Below, piece by piece: positions 10,771 through 23,760 of a stretch of 64,000 nt of DNA. The DNA is from Scyliorhinus canicula (taxonomy: Eukaryota): assembly GCF_902713615.1 (NCBI RefSeq), contig NW_024055744.1:408593-472592 (forward strand). The letters are read 5' to 3'. The position numbers were made by a program, and so were the translations under genes. Under the pieces are notes generated by a model that searched no databases, had not been told where the DNA came from, and worked only from the letters and a program-made list of their open reading frames with translations. The stretch's first letter is position 1; each line of letters opens with the position of its first letter.

Positions 10771-10944
10771 GAAATGAAAAAATGAAAATCGCTTATTGTC
10801 ACGAGTAGGCTTCAATGAAGTTACTGTGAAAAGCCCCTAGTCGCCACATTCCGGCACGGCTGGTACAGGAATTGAACCGTGCTGCTGGCCTGCTTGGTCT
10901 GCTTGAAAAGCCAGCGATTGAGCTCAGTGAGCTAAACCAGCCCC
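10769..10944 (-). mobile_element. tRNA-derived SINE (same family as 1,738-1,918)
   Basis: Reverse complement starts GGGGCTGGTTTAGCTCACTG and ends ...CGATTTTCATTTTTCATTTCAT. Confidence 0.8.
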
Positions 10945-12931
10945 TGTGGTGTCGATTGTGAGAGCCCCTGTGATAATGTGCCTGTTATGAGAGAGAGTGG
11001 GTGACAGAGTGTTTGTGTGTCAGAGATAGTTGGAGAGAGAGAACGATAGCGAGGGCATGGAAGAGAATGGGCGTGTGAGGCTGTGTGTGTGTATGTGTGA
11101 GAGATAGAGGGCGGGATTTTCCATAAACTGACATCGAAATTGGGAAATGTGATTTGGCGGAGAATAGCTTCCGATACCAAAGTCAGGACAGGCCCAGATT
11201 TGATGCCAATCACGATTCTCCATTACCTCAAAAACGGCGTCAATGCGTTTGACTCCGCACATACAGTGGGCACCATTTGCATAATCATTAGCGGGCCCAA
11301 CCTGGTATTGCCAGGGTCATTGCGATTCTCCACCTCCGATTAGCTGCGTTCCCAATGGCGTGGTTCACTTGTGCTTTTAAAAATCGTGAATCTGGCGTGG
11401 TGGCTGCTGAGGAAGGGAGAGGGGGTATGGAAGGTGTCCAACATCGCCTCAGTTTGCAGACAGTTGTGCCGCTGGCTAGGGGGCTTCTGCCAGGGCCGTG
11501 GGTAATAGCGGGACTGACCAGGAGGTGGGCTGTGTGGGGGAGGGGGGTGGACAAACATAGTATACCATTGACGTCGCCGGCAAAGCAGCCATGCAACTGC
11601 GCACACCACTAACAGCCCACTTTGAACCTGGTGCCCTCTGGCCCCAGCCGACTGGTTGTATGGGTGCGCTCCAGCATAACCAGTACCATCTTGTTGGCTG
11701 GGTTATGTGTGTGTGGGGACTGTAATGTGTATGTGTGGCTGCAGCTTGTCAGCCTGCAGAGTGTCGATCATGGGCCCGGCGTATCCTGCACCATTTTTCA
11801 GTGGAATCAAGTGTGTTCCACGCGGTACGGGTGCTAGCCCCTCAACGGAGCAGAATCGGTCCAGGTGTGGCGCCGGTTTTACTGTCGTAAAAGTCCACAG
11901 ATTCTCCACGGATTCTCCATCAGCACTTTATGTAGTTTAATGTTCATCACAGAGATCAGTGTTTGAAATAAAGATAGAAACCAGGAAACATTCACATCAA
12001 AAACTGATTACCTGAATCGACGCGACACACTGCATCGACCCGAGTAAGGAAATGCATTGTAACTAAATTCATTTTCGGTACAATTAAACACTCTCCAAAA
12101 GCTTTGATATTGCGCGCCAGTGTGTCAATTGCAGGAGGTCGCTTATGTTGAATTAGTTAGTACTAATATTGCATTGCTAGTTATTGGTAATGTCTATTCG
12201 TTGCCTTGTTAACTGATCTGTACCATAATATAAATAATACAAAAATGTTTTTCTATAATTCGAAACCTGCTCCAGCTTGAAACTTTGTTAAATAATTTAG
12301 GTTTAATTAAATCTTTGGCAAAGTTAAACAATAAACTTAAAATAGCCGGATGGAAACATTCAGACATGTAGAATATATCATCTGTGTGTCAAAGCGGTTC
12401 TCCCGAGTTGATAAACTGTCATGATTTGAAACTATATATATTTACACATGTAAAGACCCTGGCAGTTTGTGATGAATAAAAGTGCTTCCTAGATTTAAGA
12501 ACTCAGGCAATCCCTGTAATTTAATTATTAAAAATATTGTTAAAAAAAGGAGATCCAATTTAATCAGTGTGAAACATTGTGAAAACACTTCATTCAGATC
12601 CAATACAACACGGCAACATAATGAACAAACTAAGGAGAAAAGTTCTTGCTTAATTTAATAATTGTTGGGTTACGGGTATAGGGTGGATACGTGGGTTGAG
12701 TAGGGTGATCATGGCTCGGCACAACATGAAGGGCCTGTTCTGTTCTATGTTCTATGTAACCATCAGTTAACATTTAAAAAATACCCTAATATATCTGTAA
12801 TTCGTTTCTTTATTTCCGAAACCTGTCGATTTGTTCACTCCAATCGTGTTCCAAAGAGATTCAAACACGTAGACTGTTTGCATTGAACCAGAAAACCTGT
12901 AACCGCTCAGTGTCACCGAGTTTAAACAATA

Positions 12932-13944
12932 CAGAAACAATACAGAAACGCCAAACCGCTTCACAAATTGTACTTATTCAAAGTCACCCAGACACACAAG
13001 CCTCTCAGCAAGACAACAAAACACATCACTGAGGGACTGAAACCCATTTCCGAGAATTCTACACTTAACAGAATCAAACTTAACATTTCAAAAACATCTC
13101 AATATCAAATGCAGCAAACCAGCTCGACCCTCGAGAGCAAACATTGCAGAAAAGCCAGGCTGTTATTGCAGAAATAACTTACATTCGAAAGGGTGCCTTG
13201 AACCATGGCTACGTTTAATCTACAATCATGCCTGTTTTCTGCCTCTAATCATGTGTCAAGTAGGTCCAAACGCGTATATTGTTTTCATTCAATTACAAAA
13301 CATGTAACCAGTCGGTGTCACCGAGTTTAAACAATGCGGAAACGCCAAACCGTTTCACGCATTTTCCTTATTCAATGTCACCCAGATACAAGAAAAATAC
13401 GACATCACATCACCGAGGGACTGAAACTCGCTTCATGGAGAAGCAGCTCAATTCAAAAAATAGTTTCAAAAGAACCAAACATAACATTTAAAGAAAATAT
13501 CAATCTAGAAGCCACCAAATCCGCTTGTCATCAAATGAATGAATAATTAAACAGAAATATGGAAGAATATCATCAGCATTGTGAATAAGCTGAACATGAT
13601 CAATAAATTGACGCAGAAACTTTAGAGTTTTTTGTTAATATTGGGTTCGAGTTCTAACACTTGGTGGTAAAACTTGCAACCACCAAATGTCACCGAGACT
13701 TTTTTTAAAATTTAGTGCCCAATAATTTTTTTCCAATTAAGGGGCAATTTAGCATGGCCAATTCACCTAACCTGCACAGTCGAACCCAATATTAACAATG
13801 CAGAAACAATACAGAAACGCCAAACCGCTTCACAAATTGTACTTATTCAAAGTCACCCAGACACACAGTCGCCGACATTAAACATTGCAGAAACGCCAAA
13901 CTGTTTAACAGACGTTTGATATTTAAAGTAACCCAGCCACACAG
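12932..13944. repeat. Four dispersed copies of a ~57-67 bp module just 3' of JH
   Basis: GAAACGCCAAAC..TT...AAxGTxACCCAGxxAC at ~12,942, 13,337, 13,811 and 13,888. 12,932-12,998 and 13,801-13,867 are identical over 67 bp. Confidence 0.85.
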
Positions 13945-14189
13945 TATCCTCAGGAAATAAACACCAAATCACAATAACCAGGGACTAAATCCCTCAGCAG
14001 CACCTTTGTGTCAAGAGGCAGAGTAATTCTCGAACCCTTTTCAGCAGAATCACGTGAAACATTACAACAAAATCTCAATACAGAATCCAGCAAACCCGCA
14101 ATTCAGTGAACGAATGAATTGTTAAAATAGATCAAAATAGAAAACAACGACTGAAATAAAACAGCATGAAATAATTGCACGGTTCTTAC

Positions 14190-14237
14190 CTGCAGTCACC
14201 GTCACCATGGTGCCTTGTCCCCAGTCGTCGAAGTAGT
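14190..14237 (-). CDS. IGHJ: IgH joining segment JH (YFDDWGQGTMVTVTA)
   Basis: WGQG motif, donor G|GTAAGA at 14,190, immediately preceded by a 23-RSS. Confidence 0.95.
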
Positions 14238-14276
14238 CACAGTGTCACATTCCCTGGGCAGCTCCATACATTAACC
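14238..14276 (-). promoter_or_regulatory. JH 23-bp-spacer recombination signal sequence
   Basis: Minus strand GGTTAATGT - 23 nt - CACTGTG; heptamer 14,238-14,244, nonamer 14,268-14,276. Confidence 0.93.
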
Positions 14277-14602
14277 GCACCTGCACAAAATAGACAGAAA
14301 TCCACCACTGTTTTAAATATTCACAAACCAACGGCAAAGTAAAGTCACAATGAATTTTCATTAAATTATAATTGTATTTGTGGATTTCGCTTGCTGCTCA
14401 GAAATGACCCTAATGTTTATATTTCAGAGTAACACATGGGCATGTTACTGAAAACGCGAACGGATTTCGTGAATAATTATCAGTGTTCCCAAATTATTTC
14501 TCGTTATTTGGGCAGTGATGGACATAATTAATACTTCACTGTGAATAAAGTTGGATTGTAAAAACGAGCACTGAGCCAGCCTCAGTTAATTAGTGCTGAG
14601 GG

Positions 14603-14668
14603 GCTTTTTGTATTGACAGTAACTGCTGTGCCCCAGGTATCACAGTGAGACACAGCGTGTCAAATACT
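14603..14668 (-). other. IGHD: IgH D2 segment ATACCTGGGG (14,631-14,640) flanked by 12/12 RSSs
   Basis: Plus strand GCTTTTTGT - 12 - TGCTGTG [CCCCAGGTAT] CACAGTG - 12 - TCAAATACT. Confidence 0.93.
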
Positions 14669-14961
14669 GCGGCAGACTGTTAACTGTAAAATACAGAGAT
14701 TTAATGTCACTGCTCTCCCAAAAAACTAACTCTGTCTCTCCCAAGAGCGAATCTATTTCAGCTTGTCCTGGTCATTACATTTATAAAGAGGATCGAACAC
14801 TTTTAAACCTTCTGTGCACATTTAGCGTGTCGGTCAACAGAGATAAAGTGGAAGATTTTAATACCTTTTTATAAACTAATATTGTGTTTTATTTAAGCCT
14901 CATTTAAGTTGGCAATCCTGCTGTGACGCTGATCACCAATTTGAACAAACTCTATCACTGA

Positions 14962-15039
14962 GGTTTTTGTATGAGGATGTCGCTGTGCACAGCACTGTGA
15001 CCCACTGTAGTCACAGTGACAGACACCCGCACAAAAACT
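14962..15039 (-). other. IGHD: IgH D1 segment ACTACAGTGGGT (15,000-15,011) with a V-facing 12-RSS and a D2-facing 22-RSS
   Basis: Plus strand GGTTTTTGT - 22 - CACTGTG [ACCCACTGTAGT] CACAGTG - 12 - ACAAAAACT. Confidence 0.95.
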
Positions 15040-15410
15040 GCACTCACTCTCTGTTCAGTCCTGCCGCTCAATATTCACTTCAAATACAAGTTTACTTCTG
15101 ATCTAATTTACAATTTAGACAGCAGTTTATCAAACCCAATGTACAGAGACTTTCTCCAAGTATCAGAAATAATAAAACGCCGGTTATATCCAGGTCTGTC
15201 ATTGCTGAAACTGTGAACAGTAAATATAAACAGACACAAGCTCATCCTATTAGATCGATTGGTTTGTTAGGTTTTATTGTTTAATTTTCTCTGTGTTAAT
15301 TATGTAAGAAGCAGCTTGTGTTTTGACTCTGATCACTGACATTAATATTACATTTGAATCAAGTGCTGACCTTCAGGTTAAGGTGTAAGTTGCTGAATTC
15401 CCTCTCGAGC

Positions 15411-15449
15411 TGTTCTTGTGCGGGTCCAGCCCTGGTTCCTCTCGCTGTG
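15411..15449 (-). promoter_or_regulatory. VH 23-bp-spacer RSS
   Basis: Minus strand CACAGCG (15,449-15,443) - 23 nt - ACAAGAACA (15,419-15,411). Confidence 0.93.
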
Positions 15450-15754
15450 GTCTCTTGCACAGTAATAGATGGCGGTGTCTTCGGTCTTCAGGCTCCTCAT
15501 GGCCAAAGCGAAGATGTTGTTCGAAGTGTCTTTGGACGCAGTAAATCGATCTTTAATTGCTGGGGCGTAGTTGTTGCTGGATGAAGAATCGTAGCTCACC
15601 AGCCACTCCAGCCCCTGTCCGGGAACCTGGCGGATCCAACCCATCCAGTAGCTGCCAAGATTGAAGCCGCTGGTTTTACAGGTCAGTGTCAGGGAGCCTC
15701 CGGGACGCCCGGTCTCTGCCTCTGGCTGAGTCAACACAACATCCGACTGGACAC
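15450..15754 (-). CDS. IGHV: IgM heavy chain V exon (VH), intact
   Basis: Acceptor tttttacag|[104 protein letters not shown], with both Cys, the WIRQ Trp and DTAIYYC. Confidence 0.97.
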
Positions 15755-15882
15755 CTGTAAAAATATATCAAAAAGCCCGAGGATTAATGCTGGTGAAATG
15801 ATTGGTGACTCTGGAACATTCCAGAGAGAGACTAACACTGAGACAGTAACAGTGAGAGACTTGGACAATACAAACTACTCAC

Positions 15883-15940
15883 GGGATAAGAAAGTCAGCA
15901 ACAAACTGAGAGAAATGGCCCACCTCATCCTTCTGGTCAT
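15883..15940 (-). CDS. IGHV: VH leader exon (MTRR-MRWAISLSLLLTFLS)
   Basis: In-frame ATGs at 15,940 and 15,928, hydrophobic core, phase-1 donor C|GTGAGT at 15,883 that splices in frame to the V exon. Confidence 0.93.
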
Positions 15941-16019
15941 TTGGGGGAAATGGTTGTGTCAGGAACTCAGTGAACAAACCAGCTCCCGGACTGTTGGATT
16001 CGGGTCCCAGTGAGCGGCA

Positions 16020-16092
16020 TTTAAATACCCGGCAGAAGGGGGCGGCTTTCCAGGCGCCGCCTGTTGATTCCCTGGTGGAGGCGGCGCCTGGA
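16020..16092 (-). promoter_or_regulatory. VH core promoter: TATA-like box, GC box and 14-bp inverted repeat
   Basis: TATTTAAA (minus strand, 16,020-16,027) ~80 nt upstream of the first ATG; GGGGGCGG at 16,038-16,045; TCCAGGCGCCGCCT / AGGCGGCGCCTGGA at 16,049-16,062 / 16,079-16,092. Confidence 0.65.
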
Positions 16093-19000
16093 TCCACGTC
16101 CCGCCTTCCACACCCCCAACAGAATGGACACAGATATTTAAATAGGTTATTATTTAAAAAACGATATTAGATCGGTATCGGTATATTTGTTTGGCTGAAT
16201 GGATTCATTGTAATGTCTATCCTCATCTGAATGGGAAATGATATTTAAACATCTCTAAGTAAAATCGAATTCCATTATATATTAAGTCTCTTTATTTCTG
16301 CACTCCAATATAAAGGGATGAACATAAACAGATTAAATTACACTATCAGGGAATAAATCGTTTGTCACTCAGATTTGCAACACTCCGGGACTCTATCCCA
16401 TTGCAACAATAAAGTATAATTTATCAGACATAATGTAACTAAATGAGGGAATGAATGACGTGATTACATTTGCAGTGCGGATGGCCATCACTGTACAATG
16501 TGGGTCTGTAGACAAGAAGAAACTCTCAAATTACAAAAAGTCTCTCTTTACATTTCTCGAACTGTCCCTGAGCCTCAGACAGTCCTGTGAACATTAGCGG
16601 TAAAAGAAGCCGCTTGCCTGATAATTCAACAGTGAGTTGACAGAGAAACATAAAATGCACACCAACTTTTGACAGAGAAGTTAATGAATCAGAACGGACA
16701 CGGTGATCAGCAAAGTTATCCTTCAGCATCCAAACCATTGCAGCTAATTTTACTGACCACCGGCTGTCTAACATTCACTGGTGTTGGGAACACAGGATAT
16801 CAGGACTTTGTGGCATATTACACAATATCACAGGAATAAATATTTTATCTTCCACTGAAGCTGGTCATGAACTGGTCATTTCTCCACTCATTAGCAGCAA
16901 TGAGAGGGACTGTTAAATAATGGAAATCCAGACAAATTAAACTGTACAGAACACGGGCTAATCGGGTATAAGAGACGCCTCCGTTTAACGGAGATCGACA
17001 ACTCGGAGAATATTCCAGGATTCCCCGCGAATTCAATGCAGTATTTTAAAACTTTTAATTAATTTTATTTTATTTTTTGTAATTGGAGTCATCTTATTGA
17101 ACTTGTGGATTGGGTCCACCAACACCACTCACTCCCACTTCATTAGGTTCTTAACAAACGGACTTTAATAACTAGAGTGACCTTTACTCAGAACTAATAT
17201 AAATTAAATAGCATCTGGTCAGGTTACTATTTTCAGATTGTGTTTAATCTCATAGTGAACAAAACATTCAGTGAGTATATTTATTTGCCTGGAACACCAT
17301 TTAAAACGTTTACTTCATGTGCGACTAAACATTTATTGTTTGAATGGATAAATCCCATTTAATCCATTCATATTCAGGCTAATCTGCCCCACACAGTATT
17401 TGGCAGCAATCCAGCCGCCTGCAGTCAGGGAGGTTAGAATGTTCAATGTTGTTTACAGGAAACATCTGGATTTGTTTTTCAGAGATCTGTTTGCTCAGTA
17501 CTGACCGCTTGGCTGCAAGCCAACTTCAAACTCGTAACATTGTCAATGAGGACTATTTATAAACAAATCTACCCAGCAACAGTACTGGAGATCATTTTAT
17601 GTTTTAAATTGTGAACCTATTTGAACTGTTCCCATCTGTAAGGAAAGGAGAGTTATCCAGCTTCTCTGTCCCCTCTTCGCAGCAATATCCCGCTGGAGGA
17701 TCTATCCCACATCTAATAACATTGTGATGATGGGTAGACATGCAACCAGACTATCAGACAGAGTATCAGACAGAGGGTACATTTTGTAATAGATAAACAT
17801 GTAGATTTATGTGTTTTTCCTTTTATTCTTCCGTGGAATTTGGGACTCACTGTCAAGACCACCGGGTATCCCCTATCCCTAATTGCTCTTGAGCTGGGCC
17901 AGCTCAGAAGTCAGACATGTTGCTATCCGATTGGAGCCAAATGTAGGTGAGACCAGGGAAGGATGTCAGATTTATTTCATTGGCGAAGCAGAGGGGAGTT
18001 CATGGTGGCCAGTAGTATGTTTTTTCGATTTATTAATTGAACTCAAATCCCCCCACAGACTACGGGAGGATGTGTACCCAAATCCCCACAGAATTAGCCC
18101 AGGCCTTTGGATTATTGGTTCAATGACATTAATACGCCCCCAACATTCACCCAAAAGATAATGGGTTACTGCTTTGATGTAGTGATGGATGTTGGTTTGA
18201 TGCGTGAATATTTTGATTGTGAAATTAGTGAATGGGATTGATGGATGGATGGCTAGATGGTCCTGAAAGGTACTGTTCTACATTCTCAATTCTGCACTTG
18301 ATGGTTTCACAAATTAAAGCAGGTCCGTTATAATTTGTGTCAGTCTAATACATTCGGTGGCTGAAGCTGTTCTGGGTGAATTCCATCCCCAGATTATCGG
18401 GAACTGACGAAATGGACGTCACTGAGAGGAAACTGGAGATATTCCTACGGTTCTGGTGATTCTTCTCTGCTGATGGTGAATCTTCATCTCAAACACAGAA
18501 AGCGGGAACATGATTACATTGAGAAGGGACAGCTGTAATTTTTGGAACATGTCATTTCATGTACAATAAGTCATTCAAGATATCCTCGCCCAAATCAATG
18601 GAGACACCGGACCTGGAACAGAAATCCTGTGAAACTCTGTGGACAGCTGCAGACGTTGAATTACTTTCCAAAACAGTGTAATAACAAATTGGGAAGTAAA
18701 GATTCATTAACGTTACATTAGGTACAGGTATTTTCATTTCTACCGACACTTTAAAAAGCATCTCATACCCCAGTCTGCAGATTCTGTGTGACGATGAGGT
18801 GATTACTGACTAATACAGCGCAGAGGCTGCTGGGTAGCTGCACATAATCCTCGGTCTGATTTAATTCCATTTCACATTGAATTCCGGTGCAGATGTGACT
18901 TCTTGGTGGCAGAATGGTCAATGCTAACTCAACTAAAGTTAATCTCAATAAATTATGTTAAACATACGAATATAGAAATTAGGAGGGGAAATAGGCAATT

Positions 19001-19189
19001 CAGACCTTCGAGCCCGCTCCGTCATTCAATCATCATGGCTGATCTCTTCCTGGTCTCAAATCCACCTCCCTTAAATTAATTGCATTTGCATTTTGTGAAG
19101 GAAAGTACGGATCATAATTGGTGAATGTAACTTTTTATGTTGTGAGTTGATGTTAATTGATTGATATCATTATTTAACTTTGTGAATTG

Positions 19190-19790
19190 TGACAATTGGT
19201 AATATTCGCCACGGAATTGCTAAACAATGATCATCTCCAGCAAAGTAGAATCTAACCATCGCCACTTGATATTGACTGATATTGCCATCGCTGAATCCCC
19301 CATTATCAATACACTGGGGTTACCATTGACCAGAAACTGTCCTGGACTGACCATATAAATGCTGAGGCTACAAGATCCGGTCAGCGTCTCGGAAGCCTGC
19401 GGCGAGCAACTCACCTCCTGACTCCCAAAGCCTGTTCACCATCTGCAAGGCACAAGTCAGGACTGTAATTGAATACTCTCCAGTGACCTGGCTGGGTGCA
19501 GCTCCAACAAAATTCAAAAAGCTCGACACCATGCAGGCCGAAGCAGCCCCGCTTGATTGTCACCCTATGCGCAAACACTCATTCCATCCACTATCGACGA
19601 ACAATGGCAATAATATACCACCCACAAGATGAGCTGCAGGAACGCAGCAAGTCTCCTTTGAAACATCTTCTAAACCCAGGACCATTACCTCCCAGAAGGA
19701 AAAGGCAGCTGACACATGGGAAGATGACCACCTGGAAATTCCCCTCCAAATATTATAGTCCCTGCTCTGCTGACGATAGAACATAGATCA
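19190..19790 (+). mobile_element. L2/CR1-group LINE 3' fragment
   Basis: Encodes a KAQVRTVIEYSPVTWLGAAP-like stretch homologous to 59,150-59,300. Followed by a SINE 3' tail at ~19,780-19,885. Confidence 0.65.
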
Positions 19791-20089
19791 TAGAACAGTA
19801 CAGCACAGAACAGGCCCTTCGGCCCTCGATGTTGTGCCGAGCAATGATCACCCTACTCAAGCCTAACGTATCCACCCTATACCAAGGCAATTAGCGATGG
19901 ACAATAAATCATGGCCTAGCCCTCGACACCGGCACTGGATAACTTAATTTAAAACTGTACTTTGTGGAACGGTGGCAATTTGTGAATCTGATTATTTATA
20001 TTCCTAAATGAATGAAAATTGGTGAATATAATTGCTATGTTTCTGATCATTTATGACCTATGCCTTCTCTGCTGGAAGACATAACCCAT

Positions 20090-21330
20090 CCCGGAGGAGA
20101 TTCGTGATGCAAAATCATAACCAATATCTGAAAATAAAGTGGAAAGAGGAGACTGCAGCAACTATTGACATAACTCACTCATAGCAGCACTGGGAAGGCC
20201 TTTCCAATGGTCACACTTTAAATACTTCACCTGCTTGCAGGTCGAATGTTGCTGGAAGAAAGGGGCTGTGTTTGCGTCGCAAGATTTACTCTGGACAAGA
20301 TCTGCTCCCTCTGCCACATGCCTACCTCTTCGCCTCACGTTCGTCAATCTCAATAAAAATTCCACACTGTCAGCGGAGTAGTGACTATATGATTTGGGGA
20401 AAATTGGCTGACTGCTGAAGCTCCCCTGTCGCATTCACTCCTTCCATCGCAAAATGCACTGCACTGTGCAGATTGATGATTCCACTTCCGAATGATTCTA
20501 AGTGAATAATTGAGCGAAAGAGGACCGTGTCATTGACCCAACTCTATTCAGCAGCTTCCTCTCCATGCTGCTGATCTTCGCCTTCCCTGAAGATATGGAT
20601 GACTCCACTTGCACAGTCGGTAAGGCTGCAAACTCGGCAACCTTTCAGTCATGAAAACGGAGACATAATCACAATACATCCTCATCAGAGAATTCCTCTA
20701 TGCTTAAAGTTGGATAATCCACACAAAACATCACCGACAGAGACTCATGGACTCAGTCCTCGGTGCCTTGTATCTTGTTCTTCCTTACCATACGCATGAG
20801 GAAACCATGGCAGTGGGAGAAGGTGTTGCACTCTCGCCATGGTCGCACTAAATAAGAGCCGGTGCGCAGATTCTGCTGTCGAGTTTCCACTGTGAGAGAC
20901 TGCCTGGATGTAGAATGTGATGCTGTCATTGCGAAAGCAGATACGACCTTTGCTTTACTCATTGAATGTTCATGGAATAACATCAAGCTGACCCTTTGGA
21001 ACAAGCAGGTGGTTTATAAGGCCTGAACGCCCAGAAACTTCTTGTATGTCTGTGAAACAAGGAACACCTGCACCTGTGAAGAAAAATAACTCAGCCAATG
21101 TCATCTTTGTCATCCGCAATGCATTATGGATATTTACTGGCCGGACAAAATCAGAAATGCGGCAGTGTTCTCAAAGACAGAGCTTGCAATTCTCTTCAAG
21201 ACAATTAAAAGTAGGTGGTTTGCACATTTCCAGTCTGGTCCCTAAATGGGACATAGTCACACGACCAAGGAATTTCCACTTTGCGAAGTAGCTGGAGCCA
21301 CGCACCCAGGGGAAGGCCGATATTCCACTT
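20090..21330 (+). mobile_element. Heavily degenerate RTE-clade LINE (reverse transcriptase remnant)
   Basis: Hand translation gives VIDPTLFSSFLSMLL (cf. RTE-type VLAPTLFxIFFSxLL), VIAKADTTFALLIECSWNNIKLTLWNKQVVYKA (cf. RIGKAAxAxxRLxxRVWxNxxLTxxTKxxVYxA) and FVNLNK (cf. FIDLTKAFD), with many stops. Confidence 0.65.
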
Positions 21331-22329
21331 CAAGCATTTTTCCAAGTGCGATATAATGTCCCGAAACCTAAACATTGATCATCACAATCGGGTGTCACCA
21401 GCTGCAAACTGAAAAAATGGGACACGTCCGGTGGGCTGGTGTGGGCCACCAGAACCAGTGGATTTAGCAGGTTTGAAATGGACACAAACCGAGAAAATGA
21501 CAACCCAGAACGACAATTGGGAGCTTCATGTGCTACATTTGTGGAAATATTTGCTGTGTATCTATTGGAAATAGAAGGATGCCGTGGCCTTTGTGAAATG
21601 TAATTGTATGCAACATGTGCTTCACATAAACACAGACACACACACAGTCTCTCACACACGCATTCTCTCTGTCTTACACGCACATCCATATTTCCCCTTT
21701 AAAACTAAAATCCCATGTGACCTTCCTGAAGCTTCGGACACAATGGCCCCAACCATTTTGCAGGTGGCATAATGAATCAATAAACTCTCCCCAACACTAT
21801 GTTTGTTAGATGAATGTTACATTTCCCATGGACTCCACACAACCTCCAGGTAAACATTCCTCTATTTAACAAAGATGAACAAAAACGCGTGACCAGGAAT
21901 TGAGCCACTTTGCTGTGGTGCTGATCTCAATGTGGGAGAATCAGCCAGCGACACCTGCAATTAGTTACACCTTAAAATTTAGCACCTCCCGTAGAAGGCG
22001 ATGTGATATTACATTTGTGCAAATTGATTATGGATACCTCAACATCATGGATTATACCTGACAGCGACATTTTCACAGTAACTGCAATTGCAAAGTTTGG
22101 CCAGCAGATGGGATTTAAATCGAGATGTCTTGCATTACATGAAGCAGACATTGCCTCAATAATTACTGCTGCCTCTGCTAATTTTAAATTGGACTCCATC
22201 TGTATTTTTGTTAGGCTAGACACTGTCTTAGTTTTTATACACGACACTCTGTTTTAATTAATACTGCACAAGTACTTGTCAATGTTTATATCACACAATC
22301 AATGTGTTCCTATTTTCAATATGCAGGAT

Positions 22330-23760
22330 CTGTCTCTGCAGTTTTGCCACATCCAGTCCTGAATAGTAATGAATAAATAAACAAAAGGCCGGAATAGGAG
22401 CCTCAATAAAATTCCCCTCTTCAATGATGCGGGAGCCCAGCACGCCAGTGCAAAAAACAGGACTGAAAGTTTCTGCCAGAGGTGCCGAGAGGATGGTCCA
22501 TCTCGGCCTCCTCCGGTGGTCTGCATCATCATGGATGTCAGTCTTCAGCAAATTTGATTCACTCCACACGATATCAAGAAACGGCTGACGGCGCTGCTAA
22601 TGCATTATCCCTGGCAACATTCTAGCAGCAATACTGAAGATGTGTGGCCTGGAACTGGCTGCGCCCCTGACAAGTTGCTCCAGTGCAGGTATAGCACTGA
22701 CATGTACCCAACAATGTGTAACATTGCCAAACATGACCCGTCCACAAAAGGCAGGAAAAATCCAACCCGGCCAATTATTGGCCCATCAGTCCGCATTTGA
22801 TCATCAGCAACTTCATGAAAAGTGTCAAGGAGCATCCTGTCACATATAGTATCCGAGCATAGTGTCCCCGGCCCTAGCTTCACCCTTCATCATAAGGTCA
22901 GAAGTGGGGATGTTCGTTGATGATTACCCAATGTTGTGCACCATATTCGATTCCTCAAATACTGAAGCAGTCTGTCTTCATTTACAGTAAGACTTGGACA
23001 ACATTCAGGCTTGGGCTGCCAAGTGTCAGGCAATGACCCCCCAAAATAGAGATGCTAACCCTCTCCCCTTGATTTTAAATGACACTACCTTGATTGAATC
23101 CCCCACCATCATTAGCATTGATGAAAAACTGAACTGGAAGAACCATTTCAATAATGTGGCTACAAGAGCAGGTCAGTGGCTGGAGATTTTGTGGTGAGTT
23201 TCTCATCTCCTGACTTCCCAACCCCGACTCATCATCAAAAGGCAGAAGTCAGGAGTTGAACTGAATATTCTCCATTTGTCTGATGTGCGCCCCTCAAGCA
23301 ACACTCGAGAATCTCAACACCATCCAGGACAAAGCGGCCGACTCGAGGAACACCCCATCCACCGGCTGAAAGATTCACTCCCTGCATCACGTGTGTACAA
23401 TTCTAGCAGCGTGAGCGATATACAAGGATGTACTGCAGCAACTGCCTCCTTCTATACCACCTTCCAAACCCACGAACGCAGGCATTCAAAAGGACCTGGC
23501 CCAACAGACGCATTGTAACAGCAGGACCTGCAAGTTCCCCGACAAGCCTCACACTATCTTCATATATATCATAGAATTTACAGTGCAGAAGATGGGAACT
23601 ATATCTCTTTACTGTCACTGGTCAAAATCCTGGAACTCCCTTCCTATCAGCTCTTTGGGTGGACTTACTCAGTATGGAATTGTAATGGTTCAATAAGCGG
23701 GCTCAACACCACATTCCCAAGGGCAATTAGGCATTGGCATCAAATGCTGACGTTACTGGT
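22330..23760 (+). mobile_element. L2/CR1-group LINE remnant (RT and 3' end)
   Basis: Contains GATGTTCGTTGATGATT (FADD-like), DLDNIQAWA and a 3' end matching the other copies of this family. Confidence 0.6.

Noticed and set aside
4309-10802. Many long ORFs (up to 333 aa) rich in His/Thr/Ser/Leu or Arg/Glu/Gly
   Set aside because: They are translations of low-complexity minisatellites in the J-C intron, open in several frames at once and in some cases running through N gaps.
991-15940. Alternative identity as IgW, IgNAR or germline-joined IgM1gj
   Set aside because: CH1-CH3 match the shark mu pattern, CH1 and CH2 are both present, the V has conventional VH FR2/CDR2, and V, D, D and J are separate with intact RSSs.
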